DNA of 64,000 nt from Candidatus Microgenomatus sp. Its GTDB lineage: Bacteria; Patescibacteriota; Microgenomatia; UBA8517. This document shows positions 9,678-18,227 of the stretch, one piece after another. Both the position numbers and the translations under genes were made by a program. Where the stretch lies: positions 40,271 through 104,270 of the forward strand of contig DYGT01000002.1 in assembly GCA_020724555.1 (NCBI GenBank), in the 5' to 3' direction. Below the pieces are notes generated by a model, which was not told where the DNA came from, made no database searches, and worked only from the letters and a program-made list of their open reading frames with translations. Numbering within the stretch: position 1 is the first letter of the stretch; each line of letters begins with the position of its first letter.

Positions 9678-10706
9678 ATGAAATTTCAAATACCAAATCA
9701 CAAATATCAAAGGGGTGTGTTACTGCGGGATCTGACAACTTTTCATACCGGTGGGCCAGCAAAGTATTATATTGAGATTGATGGACGAGAAGAATTGGTG
9801 GAAGCTGTGGAATGGGCGAGGAAGAACAATCTTTCGATTTTTGTGCTTGGTGGGGGAAGTGATATCTTGGTTTCGGATAAGGGGATTGACGGTCTTGTTA
9901 TCAGGCTTGTGAATAAAGATATTAAATTTGAGGATGAAAGGGTTTTGGCTGAGGCAGGTGCTGTCTGGGACGAGGTTGTGAGGCAAGCGGTTGAGCGAGG
10001 TTTGCAGGGAATAGAGTGCTTATCTGCCATACCGGGTACTGTGGGCGGGGCACCAGTTCAAAATATCGGAGCCTATGGTCAGGAGTTTAAGGATACTTTT
10101 GAGAGGCTTGTTGCTTATGATGTAAAACAGAGATCTTTTGTTGAGATGAAGAGTGGTCGGTGCAAATTTGGATACAGGGACAGCATTTTTAAAAAAGAGA
10201 GGGGAAGATATATCCTCTATGAGGTGATACTTAAGTTAGTAAAAGGGGGAGAGCCGAAAGCCAGTTATGGCTCTTTGATTGAGTATTTTGAAAAGAAGGG
10301 AATAAAAAAGCCAAGCTTAGTACAAGTCAGGAATGCGGTGGTTGACATAAGATCCCAAAAACTTGAAGATTGGAACGAAAACGGCAATGCAGGCTCGTTT
10401 TTTAAAAATCCAGAGATCACTATAGAAGAGTATGAAAAACTTAAGAGAAATTTTAGAGAAATCCCGGGCTATGTTAACGGTAGTTTAGTTAAGATTCCTG
10501 CGGGGTGGTTGATTGAACGAGCAGGTTGGAAGGGAAAGAGATATAAAAGCGCAGCGGTTTCCAGAAAGCATGCATTGATACTTATAAGTCTGGGGGAAAA
10601 AGGGCGAGCTCAGGATGTAAAAAGATTGGCAGAAAATATTATTGAAGATATTAATCTTAAATATGGAATAAGACTTGTTCCGGAGGTTGGGTTGATCGGT
10701 TTTTAA
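9678..10706 (+). CDS. murB: UDP-N-acetylmuramate dehydrogenase
   Basis: TTFHTGGPA, LGGGSD, IPGTVGGAPVQNIGAYG, GYRDS and NAGSFFKNP motifs; start uncertain (9636, 9654 or 9678). Confidence 0.95.
   Translation: MKFQIPNHKYQRGVLLRDLTTFHTGGPAKYYIEIDGREELVEAVEWARKNNLSIFVLGGGSDILVSDKGIDGLVIRLVNKDIKFEDERVLAEAGAVWDEVVRQAVERGLQGIECLSAIPGTVGGAPVQNIGAYGQEFKDTFERLVAYDVKQRSFVEMKSGRCKFGYRDSIFKKERGRYILYEVILKLVKGGEPKASYGSLIEYFEKKGIKKPSLVQVRNAVVDIRSQKLEDWNENGNAGSFFKNPEITIEEYEKLKRNFREIPGYVNGSLVKIPAGWLIERAGWKGKRYKSAAVSRKHALILISLGEKGRAQDVKRLAENIIEDINLKYGIRLVPEVGLIGF
9681..9711 (+). repeat. Degenerate 7-bp tandem repeat AAATNNC x4
   Basis: AAATTTC AAATACC AAATCAC AAATATC AAA at the 5' end of murB. Confidence 0.6.
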
Positions 10707-10707
10707 C

Positions 10708-13488
10708 ATGAAATTTAATAAATTATTAAAGGATTTGGATTATCAAGCGTTTGGAAATATTCCCAAGGAGGTTTCCGGTGTTTTTGATGATTCCAGAAGG
10801 GTTGTGAAGGACGGAGTGTTTGTGGCTATTTCTGGGTTGACTGTTGATGGACACCAATTCATTCCCCAAGCAATTAAAAATGGAGCGAAAGTGGTTGTTG
10901 GCGAGGCAGATCCGAAAAAGTTAAAACTGGAAGGAGCTGTTTATGTTCGGGTAGATAATTCTCGCAAAGCTCTGGGGCTTTTGGCGGCAGCTTGGTATGA
11001 TAATCCTGCCAAAAAAATGAAAATCATTGGCGTTACCGGGACCGACGGCAAAACCACAACAGCCAATATGCTTTACCATATTTTAAAAAAATCTGGTAAG
11101 CGTGTTGGACTTATTTCCACAGTCAGCGCCAAAATCGGGGAAAAACAATACAATACCGGTCCCCATGTTACGAATCCTGAGCCCCTTGCCCTGCATAAAT
11201 TTTTAAACCAAATGGCCAAAAAGGGCTGCGAGTACGCAGTTTTGGAAGTGACTTCACATGGGCTAGATCAAGAAAGAGTAGCGGGGATTGATTTTGAGAT
11301 TGCGGTTTTAACCAATATCACCCACGAGCACCTTGATTATCACAAAACTTTTAGTGCTTATAAAAAAGCCAAGCTTAAACTTTTTCAAAATGCCAAAGTG
11401 GCGATTTTGAACAAAAATGACAAAAATTCAAACTGGATTAAAAAAAATATTAATTCCAAAGTGCTTTTTTATGGAAAAAACCAGCTTGCCAAACAAGAGT
11501 TTCTCGAACCTTATAATCAGCAAAATGCCAGTGCAGCAATTGCCGTTGCTAGATATTTGAAAATCCCTAAGACAAAGATTGCTCACGCACTGGAAAGTTT
11601 CCCGGGGGTAGAAGGGAGAATGCAGGAGGTTAAAAATAAACGGGATATAAAAATCATTATTGATTTTGCGCACACCCCTAATGGTTTAAAAAATGTGCTT
11701 GACGTACTTTCGAAAAACAAAAAAGGCAGACTGATTGCCGTGATTGCTTGTGAGGGAGAAAGGGACAGACAAAAGCGGCCAATGATGGCTGAAATTTCCG
11801 GCAGGTTAGCAGATGTTACCATTTTAAATGCAATTGATTTAAGAAGCGAAAAGGCCAAGAATATTATTTCGGATATGCAAAAAGGAATAAAGAAGACAAA
11901 AGGGCAATATTTTAAGATTGAAGACCGCGCAAAAGCAATTGCTTTTGCGCTCAACCAAGCCCAAAAAGGCGATACTGTCGTGCTTTGCGGCAAAGGCCAT
12001 GAAAAAAGTATGAATTTGGGAGGAAAAAAGGAACGCCCATGGTCAGACGAAAAAGTTGTGAAATCTTTTCTTAAAAAAACAGGCGAAATCACAAAATTTA
12101 AAAGAATTCATTTTACCGGAATAAAGGGTGTAGGTATGGCTTCTTTGGCAATTTGTTGCCAAGACTTAGGGATTAAGGTGCGAGGGAGTGATATTGATGA
12201 AGTCTTCGTGACCGATGAAACACTGAAAAAAGCCAATATTAAATGGTTTCATGGGTTTAAGGCGAGCAATCTAAAAATGAAGCCTGATTTATTAGTAACA
12301 ACGGGAGCCCATGGGGGGTTGAATAATCCTGAAGTTCTGGCTGCTAAAAAAAGGGGTATTTCGGTGATGACCCACGCTGAAGCCTTGGGTTTTTTAGCTG
12401 CCAAAAAAGAATTAATTGCCGTTTGTGGAGTTGGTGGCAAAACAACCACCTCTTCCATGATAGCCACCATTTTAGAAAAAGCTGGCGAGAAACCCTCTTT
12501 TGCAATTGGGGTGGGTAATATCTTCCCGATCAATACTCCGGGAAAATTTTCAACCGGCAGGCATTTTGTCTGCGAAGCTGACGAATATGCTGTTTCTCCG
12601 GGTATTGATATGCGGCCGCGGTTTTCTTTTCTTAACCCCAAGATTTTAGTAGTAACTAATATTGAGCACGATCACCCGGATGTTTATCCTACCTTTGCCG
12701 ATACTAAAAAGACTTTTATTCAATTTTTTAAGAGAATTCCCAAAGACGGCTGGTTAATTGCAAATCTTGATAATAAAAATATTGCCAGCTTAATAACTAC
12801 TCTTCGGGAGGAGGAGGTTCCAATTCAAACTTATGGTCTAAGCAAAAAGGCCGATTGGCAAATTGGCGATGTCAAAATCAGTAGAGGAGAAACTACTTTT
12901 TCACTGAAGCGTAAAAAACAAAAAATTCAGGGAATAAAAATAACTGTCCCGGGTGAATATAACATTCATAACGCCGCTGCGGCAATCATCTCAACGCTTT
13001 TTGCCGGCGTAAGTCTGAGTAAAATAAAGGACGGAATTTCAGCTTACCAAGGGTGTAGGAGGCGGTTTGAGAAAATGGGTTTATCCAAAGGAGTTTTGTT
13101 TTATGATGATTATGCCCACCATCCAGCAGAAATAAAAGCCGCCTTAAAAGCAGCCCGGGATTGGTTTCCTAAAGAAAAACTAATCGTTGTTTTCCAGCCC
13201 CATACATATTCGCGGACAAAAATGCTTTTTGACGATTTTGCTAAATCTTTTAGGAAAGCAGATACAGTTGCCTTAATGGATATTTATGCTTCAGCCAGAG
13301 AATCCCAGGATTTAACGGTCTCTTCAAAAAAGCTTGCAGCTGAAATGAAAAAATGGCAGAAAAATGTCTTTTATACCAAAGGTCACCAAGAAACAATTTC
13401 CTGGTTAAAGAAAAACGCCCAAAAAGGAAATGTGGTTTTAACGCTTGGGGCCGGCGATATCTTTCACCTCTACAATAAGCTCTTCTAG
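10708..13488 (+). CDS. murE-murC: Fused MurE (N-terminal) and MurC (C-terminal) Mur ligase
   Basis: MurE part: DSRRV, GVTGTDGKTT, EVTSHGLDQER, EHLDYH, DFAHTP, GKGHE. MurC part from about 12094: HFTGIKGVGMASLA, GGKTTT, EADEY, DDYAHHP, FQPHTYSR, GAGDI. One open frame. Confidence 0.93.
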   Translation: MKFNKLLKDLDYQAFGNIPKEVSGVFDDSRRVVKDGVFVAISGLTVDGHQFIPQAIKNGAKVVVGEADPKKLKLEGAVYVRVDNSRKALGLLAAAWYDNPAKKMKIIGVTGTDGKTTTANMLYHILKKSGKRVGLISTVSAKIGEKQYNTGPHVTNPEPLALHKFLNQMAKKGCEYAVLEVTSHGLDQERVAGIDFEIAVLTNITHEHLDYHKTFSAYKKAKLKLFQNAKVAILNKNDKNSNWIKKNINSKVLFYGKNQLAKQEFLEPYNQQNASAAIAVARYLKIPKTKIAHALESFPGVEGRMQEVKNKRDIKIIIDFAHTPNGLKNVLDVLSKNKKGRLIAVIACEGERDRQKRPMMAEISGRLADVTILNAIDLRSEKAKNIISDMQKGIKKTKGQYFKIEDRAKAIAFALNQAQKGDTVVLCGKGHEKSMNLGGKKERPWSDEKVVKSFLKKTGEITKFKRIHFTGIKGVGMASLAICCQDLGIKVRGSDIDEVFVTDETLKKANIKWFHGFKASNLKMKPDLLVTTGAHGGLNNPEVLAAKKRGISVMTHAEALGFLAAKKELIAVCGVGGKTTTSSMIATILEKAGEKPSFAIGVGNIFPINTPGKFSTGRHFVCEADEYAVSPGIDMRPRFSFLNPKILVVTNIEHDHPDVYPTFADTKKTFIQFFKRIPKDGWLIANLDNKNIASLITTLREEEVPIQTYGLSKKADWQIGDVKISRGETTFSLKRKKQKIQGIKITVPGEYNIHNAAAAIISTLFAGVSLSKIKDGISAYQGCRRRFEKMGLSKGVLFYDDYAHHPAEIKAALKAARDWFPKEKLIVVFQPHTYSRTKMLFDDFAKSFRKADTVALMDIYASARESQDLTVSSKKLAAEMKKWQKNVFYTKGHQETISWLKKNAQKGNVVLTLGAGDIFHLYNKLF

Positions 13489-13553
13489 TCCCACATAAAT
13501 ATTGCCGCTGGCTGTTCTACTTGTGCTATATTATATATAATTTATCCGGATTA

Positions 13554-14873
13554 ATGAGCAAAAGTACGAAAAATCTAAAAGTGGCGGTTTTAGGACTGGG
13601 TTTGGAAGGTAAAGATTTAGTCAACTTTTTACAAAAGCAAGGGTACTCATTAACTATTATTGATGAGAAACCCAAAAAGGAATTAGATTTGACGGAAATT
13701 AAGACTAAAGGCCTAGCTTTTATTTGCGGTCCGAACTCATTTGCAAGGGCAAATTTGCAAAATTTTGATATTGTTTTCCGCTCACCCGGAATTTATCGCT
13801 TCCGCAAAGAGCTGGTGAAGGCAGAAAAGCAAGGTACAAAAATTAGTAGCGCATTAAAACTTTTTTTTGACTTGTGTCCGGCGAAAATCATTGGGGTAAC
13901 TGGGACAAAAGGCAAAGGCACGACCAGCACTTTAATTTATGAAATTTTGAAAAATTCAAACAAAGATGTTTATCTAGCCGGAAATATTGGCAAGCCTTAT
14001 CTAGGATTATTGCCAAAATTAAAAAAAGATTCTTGGGTGGTTTTGGAACTTTCTTCTTTTCAGTTAATTGATTTAGAAAAAAGCCCGTATATTGCTGTGG
14101 TTTTAAACATTACTTCCGACCATCTTGATTGGCACAAGGACAGAGAGGAGTATGTGGATGCCAAGAAAAACATTGTCAAACATCAGAAAAAATCAGATTT
14201 TGCAATTCTGAGTAAAGATTATCAAACGCCAAAAAGTTTTGCCAAAAGCACATCACAAGTCGTATTTTTCTCAAAGAAAAATCTGCAGCAGAAATACCGC
14301 GAAAACTTACTTTTGCGAGGTGAACATAATTTGGAAAATATATCTGCGGCCGTAACAGTTGCCAAGATCTTAAAAATAAAAGATGAAGTTGTAACTCAAG
14401 TTTTAAGAAATTTTAAGGGGTTGGAGCACCGTTTGGAGTTGGTTAGAGAAATTAAGGGAGTGACTTTCTATAATGATTCTTTTGCCACCAGTCCTCAGCC
14501 GACGATGGCAGCCCTGGCTTCTTTTATTGAACCCACAACGGTGATTTTGGGTGGTTATGATAAGCAGCTTGAATATGACGAACTGGGGCGATTTATAGCT
14601 AAACGCAAAAATGTTTCGACGGTGATCTTAATTGGCGATACTGCCTCAAAAATCAAAAAAAGCATTAATAAAGCCAGATTTAAAGGAAAAATAATTAAGT
14701 TAGGCAAATCCAAAATGGAAGAAATTGTTGAATGCGCTTTTAGTGAAACCCCAAAAGGCGGAATTGTGCTTCTTTCTCCCGCCGCTGCTTCTTTTGATAT
14801 GTTTAGGGATTACAAAGAGCGCGGGGAAAAGTTTAAACAAAGCGTATACAAACTAGGAATATCAATCTACTGA
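13554..14873 (+). CDS. murD: UDP-MurNAc-L-Ala--D-Glu ligase
   Basis: GVTGTKGKGTT, GNIG, ELSSFQL, DHLDWH, YNDS and LSPAAASFD motifs. Confidence 0.96.
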   Translation: MSKSTKNLKVAVLGLGLEGKDLVNFLQKQGYSLTIIDEKPKKELDLTEIKTKGLAFICGPNSFARANLQNFDIVFRSPGIYRFRKELVKAEKQGTKISSALKLFFDLCPAKIIGVTGTKGKGTTSTLIYEILKNSNKDVYLAGNIGKPYLGLLPKLKKDSWVVLELSSFQLIDLEKSPYIAVVLNITSDHLDWHKDREEYVDAKKNIVKHQKKSDFAILSKDYQTPKSFAKSTSQVVFFSKKNLQQKYRENLLLRGEHNLENISAAVTVAKILKIKDEVVTQVLRNFKGLEHRLELVREIKGVTFYNDSFATSPQPTMAALASFIEPTTVILGGYDKQLEYDELGRFIAKRKNVSTVILIGDTASKIKKSINKARFKGKIIKLGKSKMEEIVECAFSETPKGGIVLLSPAAASFDMFRDYKERGEKFKQSVYKLGISIY

Positions 14874-14897
14874 ACCAGTGTCTGGGGTTCAATCTTA

Positions 14898-14917
14898 CCT
14901 GCCTGCCGGCAGGCAGG
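14898..14917. repeat. Perfect 20-bp palindrome CCTGCCTGCCGGCAGGCAGG (REP-like)
   Basis: Self-complementary GC-rich element in the AT-rich murD-ddl spacer. Confidence 0.85.
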
Positions 14918-14953
14918 CTCATGAAGTTTCACTTAGCATGATAAAATATAATT

Positions 14954-16108
14954 ATGAATAAAAAAACTGTAGCGGTATTATTTGGCGGCAAATCACCGGA
15001 ACACGAAGTGTCGATTATAACGGCAATACAACTCATGTACGCCTTAAAAGGCGCAGGGCACGAAGCCTTACCTGTTTATATAAGCAAAGAGGGGCAGTGG
15101 TATTTGGGTGACGATAGTTTTTGGGACCCCAAGACCTTTTCAGATCAAAAGAAAGCAATCTATAAAAAACCAAAAATATTTTTACCGGTTGGACAAGCAG
15201 AAAATTTCTATTTACAGGAATTGCCGGAATATTTATCTTTTTTTAAAACTCAACAGAAATTTAATTTCGACATCGCCTTTCCTTGCTTACATGGCCGAAA
15301 CGGTGAAGACGGTTCAATCCAAGGAGTATTGGAATTAGCAAATGTACCGTATGTAGGTTGTGGAGTAGATTCCTCCGCGATAGGTATAGATAAAGCATTG
15401 TCAAAAAATATAGCGCAAAACCTTGGAATTCCCGTTTTACAGCATATTATTTTAGAAAAAGGACAAAAGTTACCTTTAGGCATTAAATATCCGGTCTATG
15501 TAAAACCCGCAAGACTAGGCTCTTCAATAGGGATTTCTAGAGCTAATAATGAAACAGAACTGAAAGATGCTTTAGAAGTGGCTTATTTTTATGATACGAA
15601 AGTATTGATCGAAGAAGCAGCAAAAGATTTTATTGAGGTAAACATTTCCCTTATTGGTAACGGGCCTTATGAAGCATCACCCACGGAACAGCCACTTGCT
15701 ACTTCTGAAATTCTTAGTTTTGAGGATAAATATCTTTCCCACGAGGGAAATACAAAAGGTATGGCTACTGCCAAAAGGAAAATACCGGCTCCTATCAAAA
15801 ATGCCACAACTAAAAAAATCCAAGACTATGCGAAACAATTTTTTAAAACAATCAACGGAAAAGGTATCTGCAGGATAGATTTTATTGTAAGTAAAGACGA
15901 GAAAAAAGTTTACTTTAATGAAATAAACACTCTGCCGGGATCATTATCTTTTTATTTGTGGAAAGAAGCCGGGGTTAGTTTTTCTGAACTTGTTGACAAA
16001 CTTGTTAAGTTTGGCCTTGAAGAATATAAACAAAAGCAAAACTTAATTACAACATTTGAAAGTAATATTCTTTCTTCATTCAAGGGAGCAAAAGCCGTAA
16101 AGCTTTAA
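14954..16108 (+). CDS. ddl: D-alanine--D-alanine ligase
   Basis: FGGKSPEHEVS, LHGRNGEDG, KPARLGSSIG and EINTLPG motifs; omega-loop FEDKY has Tyr (D-Ala-D-Ala type). Confidence 0.95.
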   Translation: MNKKTVAVLFGGKSPEHEVSIITAIQLMYALKGAGHEALPVYISKEGQWYLGDDSFWDPKTFSDQKKAIYKKPKIFLPVGQAENFYLQELPEYLSFFKTQQKFNFDIAFPCLHGRNGEDGSIQGVLELANVPYVGCGVDSSAIGIDKALSKNIAQNLGIPVLQHIILEKGQKLPLGIKYPVYVKPARLGSSIGISRANNETELKDALEVAYFYDTKVLIEEAAKDFIEVNISLIGNGPYEASPTEQPLATSEILSFEDKYLSHEGNTKGMATAKRKIPAPIKNATTKKIQDYAKQFFKTINGKGICRIDFIVSKDEKKVYFNEINTLPGSLSFYLWKEAGVSFSELVDKLVKFGLEEYKQKQNLITTFESNILSSFKGAKAVKL

Positions 16109-17478
16109 TAATTATCAGTCAAATCATTTTCAAGAAATATCCAATCATATTTCTCGTCTACGTATTTTTGTATATATTTTTGATAATCCTGCTTATTATC
16201 CGATATAAATATGCTTTTTTTGCCAGATGCTTGTTTTAAAGCTTCAGTACGCCTGCTTTTGCCAACTAAGACTATTTGGTCAAACGAATCTTTTGCTAAC
16301 GCACCCAGTTTTTTATGGACACTACTCTCTTTATTGCCCAGCTCTACTATGCCAGGAGTTATAAGCACTTTTCTGCCCGAGATGCTTTTGGCTGTTTTAA
16401 TTGTCTGTTTAAAGCTTTCCAGATTACTACTATATGTATTGTCAACTATTCTTGTATTCCCAAGTTTTTTAACAATAAAGCGATTTGAAAATGGTTTAAG
16501 ATTATTTAAGGCTTTTATAACTTCCTTTGGCTTCATACCAAGCTTTAAAGCCATCTCAGACGCAAGACAAATGTTTTGTGCTTGTGCTTCTCCGAAAAGA
16601 TTAGCAGTTATTGAGTATGTATTTTTGTCTATAACTATTTTCAGAAGCATTCCGTTTTTTGTGAGTTTTAGTGATACCAGCTTTATTTTAGGTTTTGAAA
16701 CTTTATAATTACGCTTTTTAATCTCAGCGTTAATATTTTTGTTTTCTAAATTAAAAACAATTCGCTTTAGATTATTTACTGCTTCAACCAATTCAAACTT
16801 GGCAGATACAATATTTTTAAGACTGCCAAAACGCGCAAGGTGCTGATAAGTAATACCTGTTAATATCCCGTAGTCGGGTTTTACCATATCGCAAATTTCT
16901 GAGATTTCTCCTTTTTTATAAGCACCCATTTCACAAATAAACATTTCGTATCTATGCTCAAGTTCATAATCAACCACCTTTGCGACACCCAGCCAGGTAT
17001 TATAGCTTTCCGGTGTGCGAAGAGTTTTATATTTTGTACTCAGAATCTGATACAAAATCTCTTTAACAGATGTTTTGGCATAGCTGCCGGTTATGCCAAT
17101 CACTTTTAAGTTTGGTAGATTGTTTATCTTTTTTCTGGTTTTTTGTTTAATTCTTAATTTATTTAAATATTCGTATGGCCAAAGCGTTGCTATTGCCATA
17201 AAAAAAAGCAGATAAGGTTGAGAGGCTAGTAGCAAACTAACGACAATTCCAGCTAATGGTGAGGAAAAGACAAAGACGCCTAAGATTGTTAGCCACCATA
17301 TAAAAGCGAGCGCGAGTATTAGTTTAACTTTGTTGGTATAAACCAACTCTCTTTTTTGTTCTAGTTTTCTTTTGAAAAGATTATTGCGATACCAATTTAG
17401 GAATCTTAAAGGCTTATATTCTTCTAATTGAAAAATGTGCAGATGTGTTTTGATGGGGAAGATAATATTAAGTTTCAT
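16105..17478 (-). CDS. murF: MurF ligase with N-terminal transmembrane segments
   Basis: GITGSYAKTSVKE, SYNT, EMGAYKKGEI, QHL, DNTYSSN, TPGIVELG and ENDL motifs; hydrophobic N-terminus. Confidence 0.88.
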   Translation of the reverse strand: MKLNIIFPIKTHLHIFQLEEYKPLRFLNWYRNNLFKRKLEQKRELVYTNKVKLILALAFIWWLTILGVFVFSSPLAGIVVSLLLASQPYLLFFMAIATLWPYEYLNKLRIKQKTRKKINNLPNLKVIGITGSYAKTSVKEILYQILSTKYKTLRTPESYNTWLGVAKVVDYELEHRYEMFICEMGAYKKGEISEICDMVKPDYGILTGITYQHLARFGSLKNIVSAKFELVEAVNNLKRIVFNLENKNINAEIKKRNYKVSKPKIKLVSLKLTKNGMLLKIVIDKNTYSITANLFGEAQAQNICLASEMALKLGMKPKEVIKALNNLKPFSNRFIVKKLGNTRIVDNTYSSNLESFKQTIKTAKSISGRKVLITPGIVELGNKESSVHKKLGALAKDSFDQIVLVGKSRRTEALKQASGKKSIFISDNKQDYQKYIQKYVDEKYDWIFLENDLTDNY

Positions 17479-18203
17479 AGGTATTCATCTATTATCCTTA
17501 GGAGCCTATCTGGGTCCGTAATGTGGGGTGAATGATTTGCTTTCCACAGTACTCTTAGTTCTGAACCTGGTATTAGCCTTTTTAGCTTCTTGGACCATTT
17601 TAGATTGACCTGTTCATCCCTTTCGGGCCAGATAATAAGCGTGTCACTACTTATTTTTTTGGCCTCTTTATCAACTTTAATAGGCGCGACTCTTTTAAAA
17701 GTGGGAAGGAGTTTACCGGCAGTTTTATAATCATAAGAATATAAATAAGTAACACCCTTAAAGGCATTAGTCCATGGTAGAAATTTAAACATTTTAATCA
17801 AAATAATTTTTAATCTTGTAAAAATACCTCTTTCTTCAATACCGGATGGGGAGATTAAAATTAATTTGCTTACAGCACTGTTGTTTTTGGAAGTATGGGC
17901 AATTGCTATTTTACCTCCAAAAGAATGGCCGATGAGTATATAGTTTTTTAGTTTGAATTTTTTTATTAAAGATGAAACAAAACTAAGATAATCCTCAAAA
18001 CTATAATTTATTTCGCCTTTCTTAAAACTACCAAATCCCAAAAGATCGGGAACAAAAATTCTGTATTTTTGGCCCAGTCGTATGGCGACTTTTTCCCAAT
18101 CTTTTGCACTTTGTCCCCATCCATGAAGTATTAATATATCTTTTTTGTTTTTATCCCCGAAAACTTTGTAATTAATAAGATAGTTGTCAATAGTAGTTTG
18201 CAT
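17475..18203 (-). CDS. Alpha/beta hydrolase
   Basis: LHGWG oxyanion loop, GHSFGG nucleophile elbow, C-terminal HSPH; 4-bp overlap with murF. Confidence 0.9.
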   Translation of the reverse strand: MQTTIDNYLINYKVFGDKNKKDILILHGWGQSAKDWEKVAIRLGQKYRIFVPDLLGFGSFKKGEINYSFEDYLSFVSSLIKKFKLKNYILIGHSFGGKIAIAHTSKNNSAVSKLILISPSGIEERGIFTRLKIILIKMFKFLPWTNAFKGVTYLYSYDYKTAGKLLPTFKRVAPIKVDKEAKKISSDTLIIWPERDEQVNLKWSKKLKRLIPGSELRVLWKANHSPHITDPDRLLRIIDEYL

Positions 18204-18227
18204 CTATAGTATAATACTAAACTAAGC

